From: Trichoplax adhaerens
Lineage: Eukaryota; Animalia; Placozoa
Reading direction: 5' to 3'
Length of the DNA stretch: 64,000 bases
NCBI RefSeq assembly: GCF_000150275.1
Contig: NW_002060963.1
Span: 529,262 to 593,261 of the forward strand
The translations under genes and the position numbers were made by a program. The notes beneath the pieces are model-generated. The model was not told the DNA's origin. It made no database searches and worked only from the letters and a program-made list of their open reading frames with translations. How positions within the stretch are numbered: the stretch's first letter is position 1; the number at the start of each line of letters is the position of its first letter. Shown here one piece after another: positions 39,869 to 54,646 of the stretch.

Positions 39869-42866
39869 TTATCTTTGTCCCACAAAGTCTTTTGCTTCAT
39901 CAAGAAGTACGCCTATTTCTTCATCTGTATCAGATACGTTAAAATCTGGATCATCGGTAGTGTTCTCTCCGTAAGATGATGATTCTTCGTCTATGTCATC
40001 GTCATCAATGAAGCTGTCATTATAATCGTAACTGTTTATTCCGCCATCATCATCACTATCACCGTCTAGCGCACTCTTGCGATCTAAACAAATGCAATTA
40101 CAGGGTATGTGAAAGTTACTTAAGTGCTTCCTTGAATCATTTCCTAATTAATTAATATGCTAATGCAATAGAACATACTTTTGGCATTTTTGGGTTGCGC
40201 TTTAATCCGAACTGATGCTACCAAAGGAGATAGATATTATAATTAACACTTTGATAATATCTAAAAGTCTATTCAAGAAATATTTTCTAATCTACCTCTA
40301 GATCCCGTTTGTTTTCTTGTAGTTGCAGTTGTAGTTGCAGCTGTCTGTTTCTTCAGATGGGAATACTCTTTAAAATGTTGCAGATTCTTCCTGTGATTTA
40401 ATTAAATTAATTATTGACGAAAATGCAGAGATAATCCAATAAATTTCCTAATATCTGAGGGCTTTAACGATTACCTGTAACAGCTAGCTCCAAAAGGGCA
40501 TACTGGTAAATCGTCATCATCACTTTCATCAGATACATTCGGTGAACCATCAGCTGAAGGATGAGAGTACTCAATCAAATGCTGTGGGTTTTTCCTATCG
40601 TGTACGGTCATGCACAAATAACATTCACTGTTAGTATATATATACATCTTTATGAATAAATATAATACCTATGCTGGCTATGTATGATGATACCTATAGC
40701 ATTTCGCTCCATAAGGGCATTTTTTAATTGATTTGTGCTTCGTAAGTTTATTTGACTTTTGACTTTCTTCACTTTCAGTGGTAATAGATGAGCGCTGTTG
40801 CGAATCCTGACTAGTCGTTCTTGCCTTGGGTTGATGAGAAGTAGTCTGTCCTTTTTTTTCTTCTTCTACAGATTTTTTTACAACAGCTGCATCTCGTCTC
40901 TCCTGCATATCATCTGATTCATCGCTAACAAAGACATTTTTAGTCTTTGATATTTTTCGATTGTCATTCCAGTCGCCATCCTCGTCACTCACGGTATCTC
41001 TTCTGGTCAAAGCTTTTCTAGATTTCGGTATTGGCGTTTCATCTTCGTCGTCATCACTAAAATTAGCCTTGTTTCTAGTAACGTGGGTCTCTGCTTTCGT
41101 TGATTGCATGTCCTTATTACTATTTTTTGATACCGAGGTGGAAATTCCATTATCCAAATTAATGTCATTTTCAATAGTCGACCTTACAGTAGTTTGTTTT
41201 TTGACCTCAGCCTTATTGCTAACATTGGTGCTACTAGTGTTGTCGTTATCTGTAACTTTTGTCTTAGTAACCGCCGGTTTAGTAGTAGCCTTGTTACTAG
41301 CTTTTGGTTTTTTCGTAGGTTGCTGCTTGCTGCTGGTAGCAACGTTGCTCAGGTTAGAGCCAGCTGGTGCCAAATCAGCCAGCCATGACGGTAATTTACG
41401 CTTCTTTGACAATGGTACATATTCAGTAGAAAATGGTTCGTCTTCGACGTTACTACAAGGGCTATCACGCTCTGTATGTTGTTTATTGCTATTGCTGGTG
41501 TCTGCGGTTGAGCTAGGCTCATTTGCTATTGACTGTTTACTAGTACAGGATGAGGTCGGTTCATCAACGGAAAAAGTATCTTTGATGTCGCTAAGCGCCC
41601 ATGCTGGATGCGAACTATCGTGGACTTTCGACTTGACGCTTTGCTTTCGGTCAATACTACGACTAAATTCATTCAACATATTAAATTTCGCTTAGTTCAC
41701 TACCATGACGAACATGTGAGATGACAGCTGTTTTCTGAGCAGTGGTCAAGCACTGTTTAGCAGTCGTTACTTATCCGGCTAAATCAATTGCCCTATTAAT
41801 ACATTATTAGCCGGTATCTTGTATAACCTACCCTTCTCCTTCATTGCCTTGAAGATTTTTATCCTTTTTCTGGCTGGAATTTATAACCACCTGATAATAT
41901 AAATCACTTGGTAATAGCGAAACTTCATCTCCGTTTTGCAATTCTTTTTCAACATTTCGTGGCAGCACATCAAATTTATCCTGACCAGCAGCTCGATAAA
42001 AGCAAGGATTTGCGTGAGTCTGTAACACAATGAGTAGAAATAGATAACACATACGTTAAAAATGTTATTTTAAGTATTTTGAGTGATCAAAGCATAAAGA
42101 TTACAAAAAGCAGTGTTGCATCCAAAATAATATACAATTTATCGTGACTCTCTCGTATAAGTGTTTTAATTCACTTTACATAACAGACGAACAGTAAATA
42201 CACGTAAAATACGTAAACTGTGGGTATTGACGCAAGTATACGATACGCCAAAGTTTGTCTTTGTGCACAATCATACTAACGGGAATTAAGATGAGTTTTT
42301 CGTCCAAATATTTCAGCTCTGCATGCTTACGAGATACCCTTTTTTCAGTTACCTAAACAACAGGAATTCATATAATAAATGTAACATACGTTTAGGATAA
42401 CGATTCAGTAAGCAATCCTATTTGTTAGCAGCATACATAAACGTGTTTTTATCAGAGCTCAGTTATACAAAATGATGCTTTTATTGCTGCCTAATGTCTA
42501 ATATGAGTTAATGAGGCTTCAACACCTATTATACAAACAAAAGCAGGAGAGTATGTAATCGTACAGTAATTGCAGGTACTATTACATCAATGAATAAATT
42601 AATGTAGACATACTCTACATAAAGAGTTCATTTCGTATTCCTATAAATGTGCGTAAGTTTATGAGTGCAAAATTCGATGCGACCATCTTGTCGTTACCTG
42701 ATAACGTTCATACTACTATTGTGATCCCCTTCACTTGAAACTCAACTTTGCTTTTCTATAGCTCAATATCATTTACCTCCAAGAATGGGCCTCGACCAAT
42801 TGTGACTGTACCAGGCTTAATTTCAGTGATTTTGCCGTTACTTCTTGATTTCAGAAATGCACTCAT
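39869..42866 (-). CDS. APLF: Aprataxin and PNK-like factor (FHA, two PBZ zinc fingers, acidic tail)
   Basis: FHA: VTIGRGPFLE-VTEKRVSRKHAEL...PTHANPCFY. Ku-binding-like KKRKLPSWL motif. PBZ motifs CPYGAKCYRKNPQHLIEYSH and CPFGASCYRKNLQHFKEYSH. Tail NSYDYNDSFIDDDD...EAKDFV. Confidence 0.93.
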
Positions 42867-43689
42867 CTCTTCTGGAGTATGGAAATCATAAGATTCTTAT
42901 TCTACGAACAGCGGTATTCAAAGCGTACTTATAAACGTGTCAATAAGATCAATAGCAATATTGCAGCATTACGAAGTTATCTGTAAAATTTGATTTGATT
43001 TATGGTGAAGATATGGTTTCGTAATGCAATCAATAATTAGCAGAAATGCCTGTTCCCATTTGGAGTTATCAAATGATAAGATTATTTGTTACTATTTATC
43101 AACGTTGTCAATTCGTATTGTCCATAGCAATACAATTCTTGGCAATGATGAAATTGTTTGTCATATGTCTAATTAGACTGATGATGAAAACAAAGTACTG
43201 CTAATGGAGCAATTAGCATCGATTCTCCCATCTCTACCGCTTGACGTGGAACTGATGGAGAGACAGGTGCATCGAGGCATGACTTCTGTGTACACGTATG
43301 ATGGGCAATTTATTTAGCAAATAAACCGCTATTATTGTCTACTAGTCATAGCAATGGCATCGCAGCGATGTTATTTCTACTATTCTATTGGATGGATTGC
43401 ATCGACAAATCTACTGCAGGCAAGTATATGCTGTCGACCATCACGTTGTTGTGATTGAAATTTTACAACGAGCTATCGAACGTATGGCTCGTTTGATCGA
43501 CGATAGCTTCTACAATAGCCTATCCACTCACCTTCAACAACAATTGAACCGAATCGATAGCAGCAATCGGTAGAAAATAATCCAAGACCGTCAAGGAATG
43601 CTCTTCCGTTGCAAAGCCACTGGCTCAGCTTTGCCTGCTTGCACCTCCTCGTACCTACAGCAGGGTAATCAAGTGATGTTGATTGTAGA

Positions 43690-43800
43690 GACATAGTATT
43701 GTACTGTACAATGTACTGTAAAGTATAGTACTGTGCACTGTACTGTACCATATAAAATAAAATAAAGTTACGGTACTGTACTGTACTGTAGGACTGTAGG
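43690..43800. repeat. GTAC-rich tract between divergent APLF and TRAX copy 1
   Basis: Repeated TACTGTAC, e.g. GTACTGTACTGTACTGTAG. Confidence 0.8.
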
Positions 43801-43905
43801 TGTGGCATTCTTGTTCTATTGTTCAGCCAGCTATATGTTCATACTTGCGCCACTTGCCGTCGAAAGTGGGCAAAAGTCTATTCTTCTGCTGTACCTTGTT
43901 ACTCG

Positions 43906-44049
43906 GTATACTAGTACACGGCAGTTTGTAAATCCTGAGTATACTATATACCGCTGAAATCGTTCTTTTAAATTCAGAAATTGACTTGAATAACAATTTC
44001 AGCGGTATATAGTTGAGACATCGTTACAAACTGCCAGTTACTAGTATAC
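43906..44049. repeat. Long imperfect inverted repeat (hairpin or MITE-like)
   Basis: Nested arms GTATACTAGTA/TACTAGTATAC (11 bp), GGCAGTTTGTAA/TTACAAACTGCC (12 bp) and ACTATATACCGCTGAAAT/ATTTCAGCGGTATATAGT (18 bp; 43943-43960 with 43996-44013). Confidence 0.85.
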
Positions 44050-45560
44050 AGGACTGGCTGGCAGTTTTCTTCTACAGCAGTAGTCCATGTAGGGCACTGC
44101 AGATTGGAATTTTTATTCCGTCAATATCGTACAAACGTTTTACTGCTTGATTGGTAAAAGATGGCAATAAAATGACTTTAGAGGCGCACTAAAAATGTTC
44201 ACTACACTCTAGTCATTGCTATTCAATATTGATATTGCAATTGATAGTATACAGGTTGATATACTGCAGTTACAGTAGCAAGGTTACTTCTGATGTGACA
44301 CCTTGCATTAATACGCGTGAGGAATAAATTCATAAATTAACTCACATAAATACAGCGATTTTGCAAACCATGTGCAGATAGGAGGAGCGCTTGGTCAATG
44401 GTAAAAAGAAGAATCCAGTGATTTTGTCCGAATTTTCTTATTACCTTCTGGATTTGTGATGACCGGCTAATTGCATACTGATTGACAGTACTGAGTTTTA
44501 GCTACTCTGATCTAGAGTGCGGTATCTTTTCATAACGTATAGCATAATTTTGGGGAGAATTGCGGGTGTAAAAATAGTGATATTTTCAATGGATACCGAA
44601 TTGAAGACAGCGACCAAGTTATAGACAGTATTTATGCTTGATGGCGCAGTCATAGCTATTACGGAAACAGCCAAAATAGTGTACAGCATAAATTAGACAT
44701 GAAAATTAAGAAACATTGAAGCGAAGAGTAACATTGTCTAATATATTTCATACATAACAGTACGTGTGTGCCTAATTATTATGCAACTATCTGGCTTTTA
44801 AAGGGCAATGTTAAGAGTTTCCGTAATGCTGTGAAAGATATGTAAAGAGCACAGTAATTTCAAGACTCTAAAACCTTTAAGATCATCTCACAGCATCTTT
44901 GTGACACATGCATTTTCACCATTAATCTAGCAGGATCATTATACAGAGAGCACTTTAGTCACTAATTCTCATCGTAGATGATAAATTATGTTCGTAAACA
45001 TAACTGGATAAAATAGCGAGCATGTAGTTGTTGACGGCTAGTTTCAATTGAATAAGTAGCTAACAGCAACGGACACCAGTATTTTGCTACCCTATCTTCA
45101 TGGCTGTGCATTGAGTGTGCAAGTGTAGATTCGACTATGTATGATTATATAATTATCGAGGTAAAACTAAAATTGAATTCTTAACTCCTAAGAGTGAACA
45201 AGTGGATAACGATCAATGATCCAATCCGTAAGTAATTCCTGAGGTTTGCAATATTCTGCATAAGCTTCTAACTTCATAGAGCAAGAAGAAATTATGTACC
45301 AAGCTTAGTGATATCATGATGATTTACAGTATATGATTCATCAAGCCTTGGCCTATTGCCATTACAATCAGCGTATACTGGCGCGTGCTCTGCAACAGAG
45401 GCTCAGCTTCGCTTGCGCGCTTCTATACAGTCTTTCGGTTGTTTCTTTTCGCATTTCAGGTTGGCATCCTTGTACGGCAATTGCATTTGTAGCTTACAGC
45501 TGCTCCTTGCCACAAATTAAAGATTGTAGAGAAGGCTAAAAGTAGGTTACGCTTAACTTA

Positions 45561-46995
45561 ATGAAAGTGGACGCTATGACGCAGCATGCAAACAATAAAA
45601 TGGCTTCAGTATTTAAACTTTATCAAATTGAACTGGATCATCATCATGATACTCATGAACAATTGATCAAGATCAGCAGAGATGTCACTGTGGCTAGCAA
45701 AAGATGTATCTTTCTACTCCATCGAGCGGCTGATTGGCCGAGGAAAAGGAAACTTACCCTCAAGCAAGCGAAGGCCGAATTAGACAACATCCATGATGGT
45801 CTTCTTGGTAAAATTGCAGAGTACATTAAGATGGATACCCATATTTACGCGAAAGCTTACTATCCTGGCTTAGAAGAATATGTCGAAGCAATCACATTTT
45901 ATTACTTCTTGCAAGAGAGCAGGCTGATTTCATTGAATGATCTTCATCATATTGCTCCTTTAGCTGGAAAATTAATCACGCCATACAGTTACGCAGGAGG
46001 TAACGACACTAATCGATCAAGTCACTATTTTTACAATTTTGACAGATAAATCCATTTTGCTTGTAGTTGTTCCTGTAGATTAAAATAACTTGATCTAGTC
46101 GAGTACCTATCGTACAGCATAGTGGACTCGAAATCTGCTGGTATGAAGTTGTTTCCTTTACTAAGCGTACTGCGGTGTGCTCAATATTTGAAATTTTGCT
46201 AGTGGATCAAAGTTTTTAAATATTTAATCATTCATCTCTTTTGCGCAATCTATTTTATGCTCTAGTGGATTCGATAATTATAATCCAAGTCTGTTAATGG
46301 ACGAATTTTTAGTTTAAAATCTCTCGATGTTCGATCTTTTCATCGATGTAATTCGAAATCCCCGAGTACAGACACGCTCTTGTTATATAAAATCTTCCTC
46401 GACCTTCGACTATTTCTTTTACACAGCATCTACAGTATAGAGACTACTGTAGGTTTGATAATAGACGATACCATTCTATCTAAAAGTCTCGCAGTAAAAC
46501 ACTTGGCAACCTTTTCATTAGATATCATTTAATTTTATCAATCCCTTATTTGACTTGATGATCTCTGTCTGCATCTCTGATTGCTAATTACCATCGATAG
46601 CGATCTTCTATTTTACTCCATGGTGCAGCAGAAAACTGATTATTGGAAAAGATTTAAATTTATTTTCTTGCAGCTTGACGTAATCATTTAGAATGCTAAA
46701 TCGAGAGTAGCCATAAAATAAAATAATATTCATTCCATTCCATGCATTAGGGATTGCTGATTTATCCGGTGAACTCATGAGGATGTGCATTAATGTCAGC
46801 GCCACCGCTACTGGAAATTTACCCTATCAAATTTGTCTCTTTGTCCATACCTTGTTTGTCCAATTTATTGCATTAACCCGCAACAATCGAGAATTGCTCA
46901 TCAAATGCAAACAAATTGAACAAAACTTGGCAAAGATTGAAAAAGCCTGCTACGAAGTAAAGCTGCGAAATACTGAAGTCGTAGAGTCCTGTTAA
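45561..46995 (+). CDS. TSNAX: Translin-associated factor X (TRAX), copy 1
   Basis: Exons 45561-45999 and 46751-46995. Motifs SRDVTVASKRCIFLLHR, PGLEEYVEA, GIADLSGELMR and KIEKACY, with the TRAX catalytic acidic residues present. Confidence 0.88.
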
Positions 46996-48245
46996 CCAAA
47001 TGGATTATTGATGTTACATTTTCCAATTGTATAGTATTGGTCAACTTTTCCTTGATATCGCATATCATCCATTTCTACAATATTGATTGGCAAGTTGATT
47101 AATCAGCCGATCACAATATTCCGTGCAAATTAGAACTTGTTTTAGAACGTTTACGATAGAGGCTGGATAAGGTGAATAACGCCATTAGCTCTTAATTTAA
47201 GTAATTAAAATAGTTCACTAGCCAAGATAACTGCCTCTATGAATTGGCAATGTACTGAATGCATATCAGAAAGATTCTATCGAATACAGTAATAAGAATA
47301 TCTAAAATAGTAATGTCAGTAGCGTTCTAATTTTTTTGACTCTCATAGTTATTGCTTCATCATATGGTATTCAAATAAAGGGTAAGTTACAGAAGTGTGA
47401 ATACTGTATACACGTAAAATCGCCATTTAATACAGTCATAACTAAGTAATTTAAAATTCAATCACTTTTATTCGAGACTCATCAATGTCGATATACTACA
47501 TAGACGTATATCGTAGCAATCCTCTTCTGGTTAGTATAAATGCCTTAGTAATAAAATTTTAGCTATGTGATCTAAAATTGTATCAATCACATTTGATTCG
47601 AGGTATACAGATGCATGATAGACGGCACACAAGTTACAGTTAATATTGGCAATTTCTTTTTCGTATGGAAAATATTATACGTGCATAATAATGATAGAAT
47701 TACAGTTATAATCTAGCATTGGGCTGTATCGATCGGCATCGTTTACATCATTATGATCAGGCTTAGTTCATCTATCAATTACAGAGAATGAGAGTTAGGA
47801 AAACGCTTTGATTAACGAATGTGTAAAGCTTCATTTTTTGAGCTACAGAATTGGATAATAAATCAATTAGGATTTATAGTGTATAGCTTATTATTTGGCG
47901 CTTAATTTTAAACGCTAGCAAATACTTCAAGACAAAAGTGATAATCGTGTTAAGGAAAAAATAAAACCGAAATGCTATAAAGGCGATCATTGCTGGCAGA
48001 CTAGCTTTAATATTAACCGCGCATTAGCGCTATTTCACTCGAACCTATACTTATGCTAACAAGTTTGATAGCTTATAAAAGGACTGTAGACTATATCTAG
48101 ACTTATCAAGAAATGCATTTCTGGATCTATTAGCGCATAGATGGATAAATGCAAAGTTAGTACTAGAGAATTTTACCACTCATTCAGTTCAATCAAGGTT
48201 ACTAATATCTTAATATTTAATATAGTACAATCCATCAGAGCGTAT

Positions 48246-51200
48246 CTATATAACAGTCAAAGTCTTAGTTGCTGCATGAATCAAATATGCAGCATTGGCA
48301 ACTTGTATTTTAGCTTCTTCCCATTTATTCTGAGTTTGGCCAATAAATAGAGCATCAACAATGCCTGGGAAGGGGGCAACGTTATATTGATCGATTTGAC
48401 TGGATGCCATAATGACATGTTTGTCGTAAGATCTACCCGGTAATCCTTCAGGAATAATAAATGCCCTCTCCAGGTACATTAATTGATCATTAATCCTTCT
48501 TAACTTTAAAGCACTAAAGAAAGTTGGTAAAGATACTCTATTAGCACCCAGCAGTAAGGAATATCGCAATAACGACAGGCAATGCAATTTTACTGTTGAA
48601 TTCCTTCTATCATCTAAACCAGTAGAATCGTTAGTTTAAACCAATACTTACTCATTCACGTCAATATTCTGAATGCTTTGATCAAATCGACTGCAAGCGA
48701 CCGTAAAGTTTCCAATAGCCCATTGTAAGTAATCTACAATTAGAATCAGCATTAATAACATAGGTAGACATGGACAAGTTGTAGGATTTGCAATGAATCA
48801 AAGTAAATCGTATAGTAATTGGTTCATATCTATACTCATCGACGCCTCTTCCATACCAATGATGAAATGCAATCAAAATAGTGTATAGAATTTCATTCAA
48901 AATCATAATCCTCATCATTGCGGCATAATCATATTACCTAAAGTGACTCCATGACTTTGTAGTAGAGGTTTATAGGCTGCCGAAATCTGCGCAAAATACA
49001 TACCGATCGTTTGTGCATAATCGATAGTGTTGATATGTAAAAGTGGATAGTCTGAAAATTCTACAGTAAGCAGCATCATCATACGCCCGATAGAGGCATG
49101 AAAGGAAAAATGGGGATCTAAAGTACGTTGGATATAGTCGAAGGTATCATAGCGCGTATGATAGGTAGGATAATTGGATAATGGCGAGGTTACCTAGAAT
49201 TATTAACAAATTTCAGTATAAAGTAAAGATAATGGCTGAATGAATAAGCACACGAGCAGAAAGGAAATGACACAAGACAAAGTTTTCTTACAAAGTTGAA
49301 GACGTATGCAAAGTTGATTGATGAAATTCCCACGTATTGAATAAAACTTTTGTAATCACTTCCAGAAGCTAAGAGACCCATGCTAAGATGGAAATCCGTT
49401 GTACAAATAGAACTCTGTTTCAGCCTACACTTTTTAATACCGCCTCAATAAATTGTAAATCTATCAGATATTCTTACAATGGCTTTTGAGTGCCTGGAAG
49501 TGGAAATCTTGTAGACCAAATATCATAAACCGATTTCGTTAAGTCGTTGGGGTCTTTTACCTATTTTAAACATAATACTTCATTTTCTTGAAAACTCATG
49601 CATATCAGAAATCATACAGTATTTCTCGCCTTACTCGCTTTGCTGCTTCATGTACGGCTTTAGTAAAAATTGGGCTAGCTTGCGCTGCAAATGAGTAATT
49701 GCCTAAAAATGATGAGACAGGAAAGAACAGATCTGCTCAACAGTTGTCATAAGTAATTTCGCTAAATTTAAACTCATTTTCTTGCTAAATATACCTATAA
49801 CAGCAAGGTCAACATTAATATAAGTTACGGCCCTCTGTGCTAATTCTTTTGCATTTTCCTAGGCATTAATGGACGAGTTAGCACTACGAAATGGATTACG
49901 ATAGCATCAACACTAAAGCAAACTGTTATGCCTTAGAAAATTTAGACGTACTTCTACCCATTCTGTAGATCCAATTAAAGCGAACTCTTCTGCATCCCAG
50001 CTACAAAATTTTATCGTTCTTCGTGGTCTCCAGCCTTCAATATTGTTAAGAATAGCGTTTCAAGAAATATAGTAAGAATGGACAAGTACTGTATTTATTA
50101 TTTGCGTCCATTAATAGATGTTAATGAATAATACACACAATTTGTTAGTTTTGTTACATCTACTCACATCAAAGTAGCTTTATCAATTAGCTTAATATGA
50201 TTGTTAAATCATTTGTACGCTATATCACATATGCCTTAAGATTTTAACATCAATTGTCAAAAGATTAAATACAAAAACTTGATCTAAACTAACCTTGCTT
50301 TAGGTGAATTCCCATAATTCTTGATACTTCTAGCATTACAGCGGTAGCACTAGAAGGATCAATTGCACCAAAATTCCATGCATCTCGATGATTACCAACA
50401 ATAACATAACGATCTGGTTCAATCTGACCCTTTATTGTACCAATAACATTGTAAATATCTTTATGGACCAATTCGTTATTAACAGCCAAATGGACAACCC
50501 TGTAACAAAATATTAGCCATTACGATGATTAATTATACCAGTAAATTACCCATTCAAATGTGATTCGGCCAAAACCTGATATTCGGCCAATACGCGTATT
50601 GGCCCGTGATATAGATAGATAGGTACAGTACAAAATATCACTAGCTAAGAAGATTATTTATGCAAATTAAGTAGTAAAGGCAAATACCCATATAGCAATA
50701 CTGTCCGTTAACTCAAGATGTAGTCGATGTAACGATCGATCTGTAAATATCTACTGCATAATAGAATAACTCATCTCATAAATGTTGTAATTATGCGGCT
50801 AAGCTAGCTACTACTGATGTGTAATTAAAATTTCATCGTATTGAGATAGCTCGGATTAACTCTAGCTGCTAATTTGTTGTAGATAAATATAAATTATTGT
50901 TGCAATACTTAGATAATAAAGTAAACCAGCTTTCGCTTACCAATTAGACATATTAGATATAAAGGAACCGCCAATTTTATATTTTATGGGCAGCTTCCCT
51001 CGCCATTCTGCCGGTGCATCAAGGCCATCAAGAGATTCCAATAAATAGATAGCATCTTTAGCACTCAAAGGTTGCACTGGAATGCTAGAAACAATACCGC
51101 TTAAATTGGAATTCCTATATGCAGAATCTGAAATGATTTATTACCGGTGTGAGAACTGATGGAAATGATGCTTTGGCAAGGAATAAATATCTATTTATAT

Positions 51201-54200
51201 TTCAGCTTGCTAACATCTAGGGCAAACTAACCTAAAGATGGCCGACCAGGCGTTTCGGGATCTCCTAACAGAGTTGATACTGAACCGCGCTGTACTCCAC
51301 TATAAGGCAAGTACCAATCGTTTGGATATGATTTTTCGTAGCCTTCAGGAGCGCTATCCGCAGGATCATTGTAAATGATCATACCAATGCAGCCAAACAT
51401 TTGCCCAATTTTTGGCTATCATAAGTAGAGAGCAATAAAACCGCAGGTGTACAGATATTAAATACCAGTACGTAAGCAGTGGATTATATACGTAGACAGT
51501 ATCTGAATTCATTTATACGTCGATTTGATAATTCTATTTGCTTTTGACTTACCTTGTCACCACGAAACATTCTACCATATCTTACAATAGCAATTTTACC
51601 GCGACAGCTAATATTTAATTTTTGCAGTGCTACGAAATCGCTATAACGGCCGTAATTGACATAGATTAGTTGGCCCTCTACGAGGCCTTTTGCAGCGTAA
51701 GCATTATACGGAGCCAGAAGTTCAGGATCATTTTCATCAGGGTGCAACTTTTCCTCCTTCATTGAAGCGCGATATCTAAATGTTCCACTTTGATCTAGTT
51801 AAAGAGATGAGACAGTTCATTAAAACTTTATTTTGCTTCCTAGAAAAGAAGCCAAGTAAACTATCTATCATGAAATATATTGTATAAGAAAGTAATTCAA
51901 AACCCTATATAGATGTCTTTATGCAACAGATTTTAGTGTATCAATTGAATAGATATTAATGCGAAGCTCTAAGTTTATGACTTTATTATAAAGATATTCA
52001 TTTCTCATAAGTCAGCTGGGGAAAGTTGCAATTTCTGATTTTCTTGATTATTACAACATTTATAAAGATATGATGAAAAAACATTCATCATTCTGCCAAG
52101 AACTGTTTACATTACAAATTTACAGATAAAAAATAATAAAAAAGATCATAAATTATAACGGCGTTCTCTACAGCTGAAATTGAAATACTGTTTTAGAATA
52201 TTGATTACAGTATTTTTGATTAAAATATGAAAATTTTACAATGCTAATTACATTATTTTTAAGCGATACCATTATGAATTTTTCTATATCTGTTGTAAAA
52301 ATGATTTAAAGCTAAATTGTAAAGTATAACAAATTGAATATTCTATATTATATTATTTATATCTAGAATATCTTTGAAGAATTTACTTGAAATTTTAATT
52401 AGAAAGTGTAGAGCAAGGAAAGCTTTGCGGTGCTTTTTGAAGTAGCAATCGTTTTAACTAGGTAATTAGTAGAGTATGACATGGACTACTAAAGAAATAC
52501 TTTTAGTAGTCCATGAATAGGATAAATTATTCCTAACAGTGATGATTTCAAATTGCTCTGAAATTTTATTACATTATCCTTGAAATAAGACATTGCTTAA
52601 TAAAACATTGCTTAATAAAATCAATATATTTTGCTTTGTACCTTTCATACCAACAACATTTGGGTTCTTAGAATCTGGATAAGATAGTAAGGCTCGGTAT
52701 TTTTGAAATCGTACATCATCAAAGCTGGCAGATTCCCATTGACTCTTAACGTAATCCGCCAATTTAAGATTTTCGGCAGATCCAGCATGATGAACTTTCT
52801 TCGATAAATACCTAATATATGCGTAAGATTTGGCAGATTGCAAAGGAGATTAGCTCATGTAGCATAAAAATGCGTGAATATGCTATCATTTTTATAAAAT
52901 AATCAATATCTAGACTGAGTATTATTAGCACCAAGCATTTAATCCTTCAATGCCATTAAGCAATATAAAATTTGTGCACTTATACTTGAAAGTTGTCACA
53001 TCATGTTGAAATAAACTATCTTAACGATTACTGTAAAAAGAATAAAAAGAAAATGACTGATTAAAGTTATTTTAATGTTAAATTCTTATTGATAACTCAT
53101 TTTAATTAAGTTTCCGTGGCCTCTATGTAGGATAGTATATACGCTACCGATATACCACTATATCATAGATAAATATTCTACAACACTAGAAGAAATCATT
53201 CTAGAACGTTAAAACTCTACTGTATTATGCCAATTAGCTTTTTTATACAAATATTAGCTCAAAATTAAACTAAAACCTACTTGCATATAATGTAGAGTAA
53301 TCAAAGCAATTTATTGCAGTAAACGGAAAGAAACTCTCATGTTTTACAGACATCTAAAAGCCAAGAATATTCTTCACAGAATGGAATACATGCAAATTGT
53401 CTAGATTTTATGGCATCCACTAACGTAAGATACTAATAGAAAAAGCTATTACCGGTACAATGTGTTACAAGAAATCTTGACGCTGAGAGCTTGCACAACA
53501 CATACAGTTCAATTACAATATTGGAAAGAGATGTCTTAAGTCCTGCAATTGTATCTGGCTCTAAACTCATTTAATTGAGTAAAGTAAGAGCGAAAACTAT
53601 ATTTTCTAAATGGTTTTTTATTTATTAAAAGAAGTTAGTAGAATATTAAAATTGATATTTTTGTTTGCTCTACAATAAAATTTCCTATAATACGAAGAAT
53701 AATAATGGCAATTCTTAGTGCAATATTAAGAAGAACAATAGGAATACTTTCAATAGAGTAAAATGAATGAACAAGAAAATCATATGGTCTAGATAATACT
53801 ATTCACAAATATTTAAGAAATACTGATGAAAACGGAAGCTAATATACAAGTATATTGTATAATAAACCATTGTTCAATATAGTACGAATAACAGAAGGTC
53901 GTGCCATAAATGCTTGAAAAAACTATCTCTAATCCTAATGTTAGATTACTTTTTACTTTAAAGGTCCCGGTTATTAATTTAATTATATTAAGGTATGAAA
54001 GCTTTCAACTAAGCGAAATGACTGCAAAGAGAGCCTACCTCGAAAATATTATTTTTGGTTACACCAAATAGTATTGCCAGAAAATAGAAGCTACCGGTAT
54101 GATTCATATTTTTGTTCCATATACAGGCGCTTAGGCACAGTTTTACAAGAAACTATGAGATCTTAGATCTTACTTCCATACTAAGCTTTGAATACTTTCA

Positions 54201-54646
54201 ATTGAGCGAGAAAAGCTATATCGCCTCAATTATATCGTATAATTTTCGCTAATAATTATATAATTAATCAATACAGTGATAGAATATTTGGATTATATCA
54301 TAACGGCTCTACAGTCAACGCTAATTACATTTCTAATATCTTACTTTAATTGGTCACGAATTTGATTTGCATCCACAGAATCCGCCATATTCTGATGAAT
54401 CGCTCGTAATCGATTAAGGATAACATGATAATGATCCGAAGATGATGTTGTTGTTGAAGTTGTACTAGGAACAGTGGTAGGATTTGGAGGATGAGCCTGC
54501 CTACCAATAACGCTGCCAACAATACCAGCACCAATAATGGCAGCCACAACGATAATCAGCAATAAAATTAAGCGTGTGGTGGTTAGAACATAGCTAAAGT
54601 GCTTACCGCCCTCTTTTACTTCTACTGCAGTATTTTTATCAGCCAT
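48246..54646 (-). CDS. Glutamate carboxypeptidase II / NAALADase-family M28B peptidase (type II membrane protein)
   Basis: N-terminal TM helix ([19 protein letters not shown]). PA domain [10 protein letters not shown]...[12 protein letters not shown]. Zn/catalytic motifs GNHRDAW, GAIDPSS, SWDAEEF, YINVD, SGSDY and PTYHTRYD. Dimerisation domain [15 protein letters not shown]. Confidence 0.92.

Noticed and set aside
40961-41695. 244-aa hydrophobic + strand ORF
   Set aside because: Antisense shadow of the K/S/T/D-rich large APLF exon, with no independent domain.
43177-43573. Plus-strand helical-looking ORF fragments upstream of APLF
   Set aside because: Splice phases are incompatible and no homology is recognised. 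They probably lie in the APLF 5'UTR intron.
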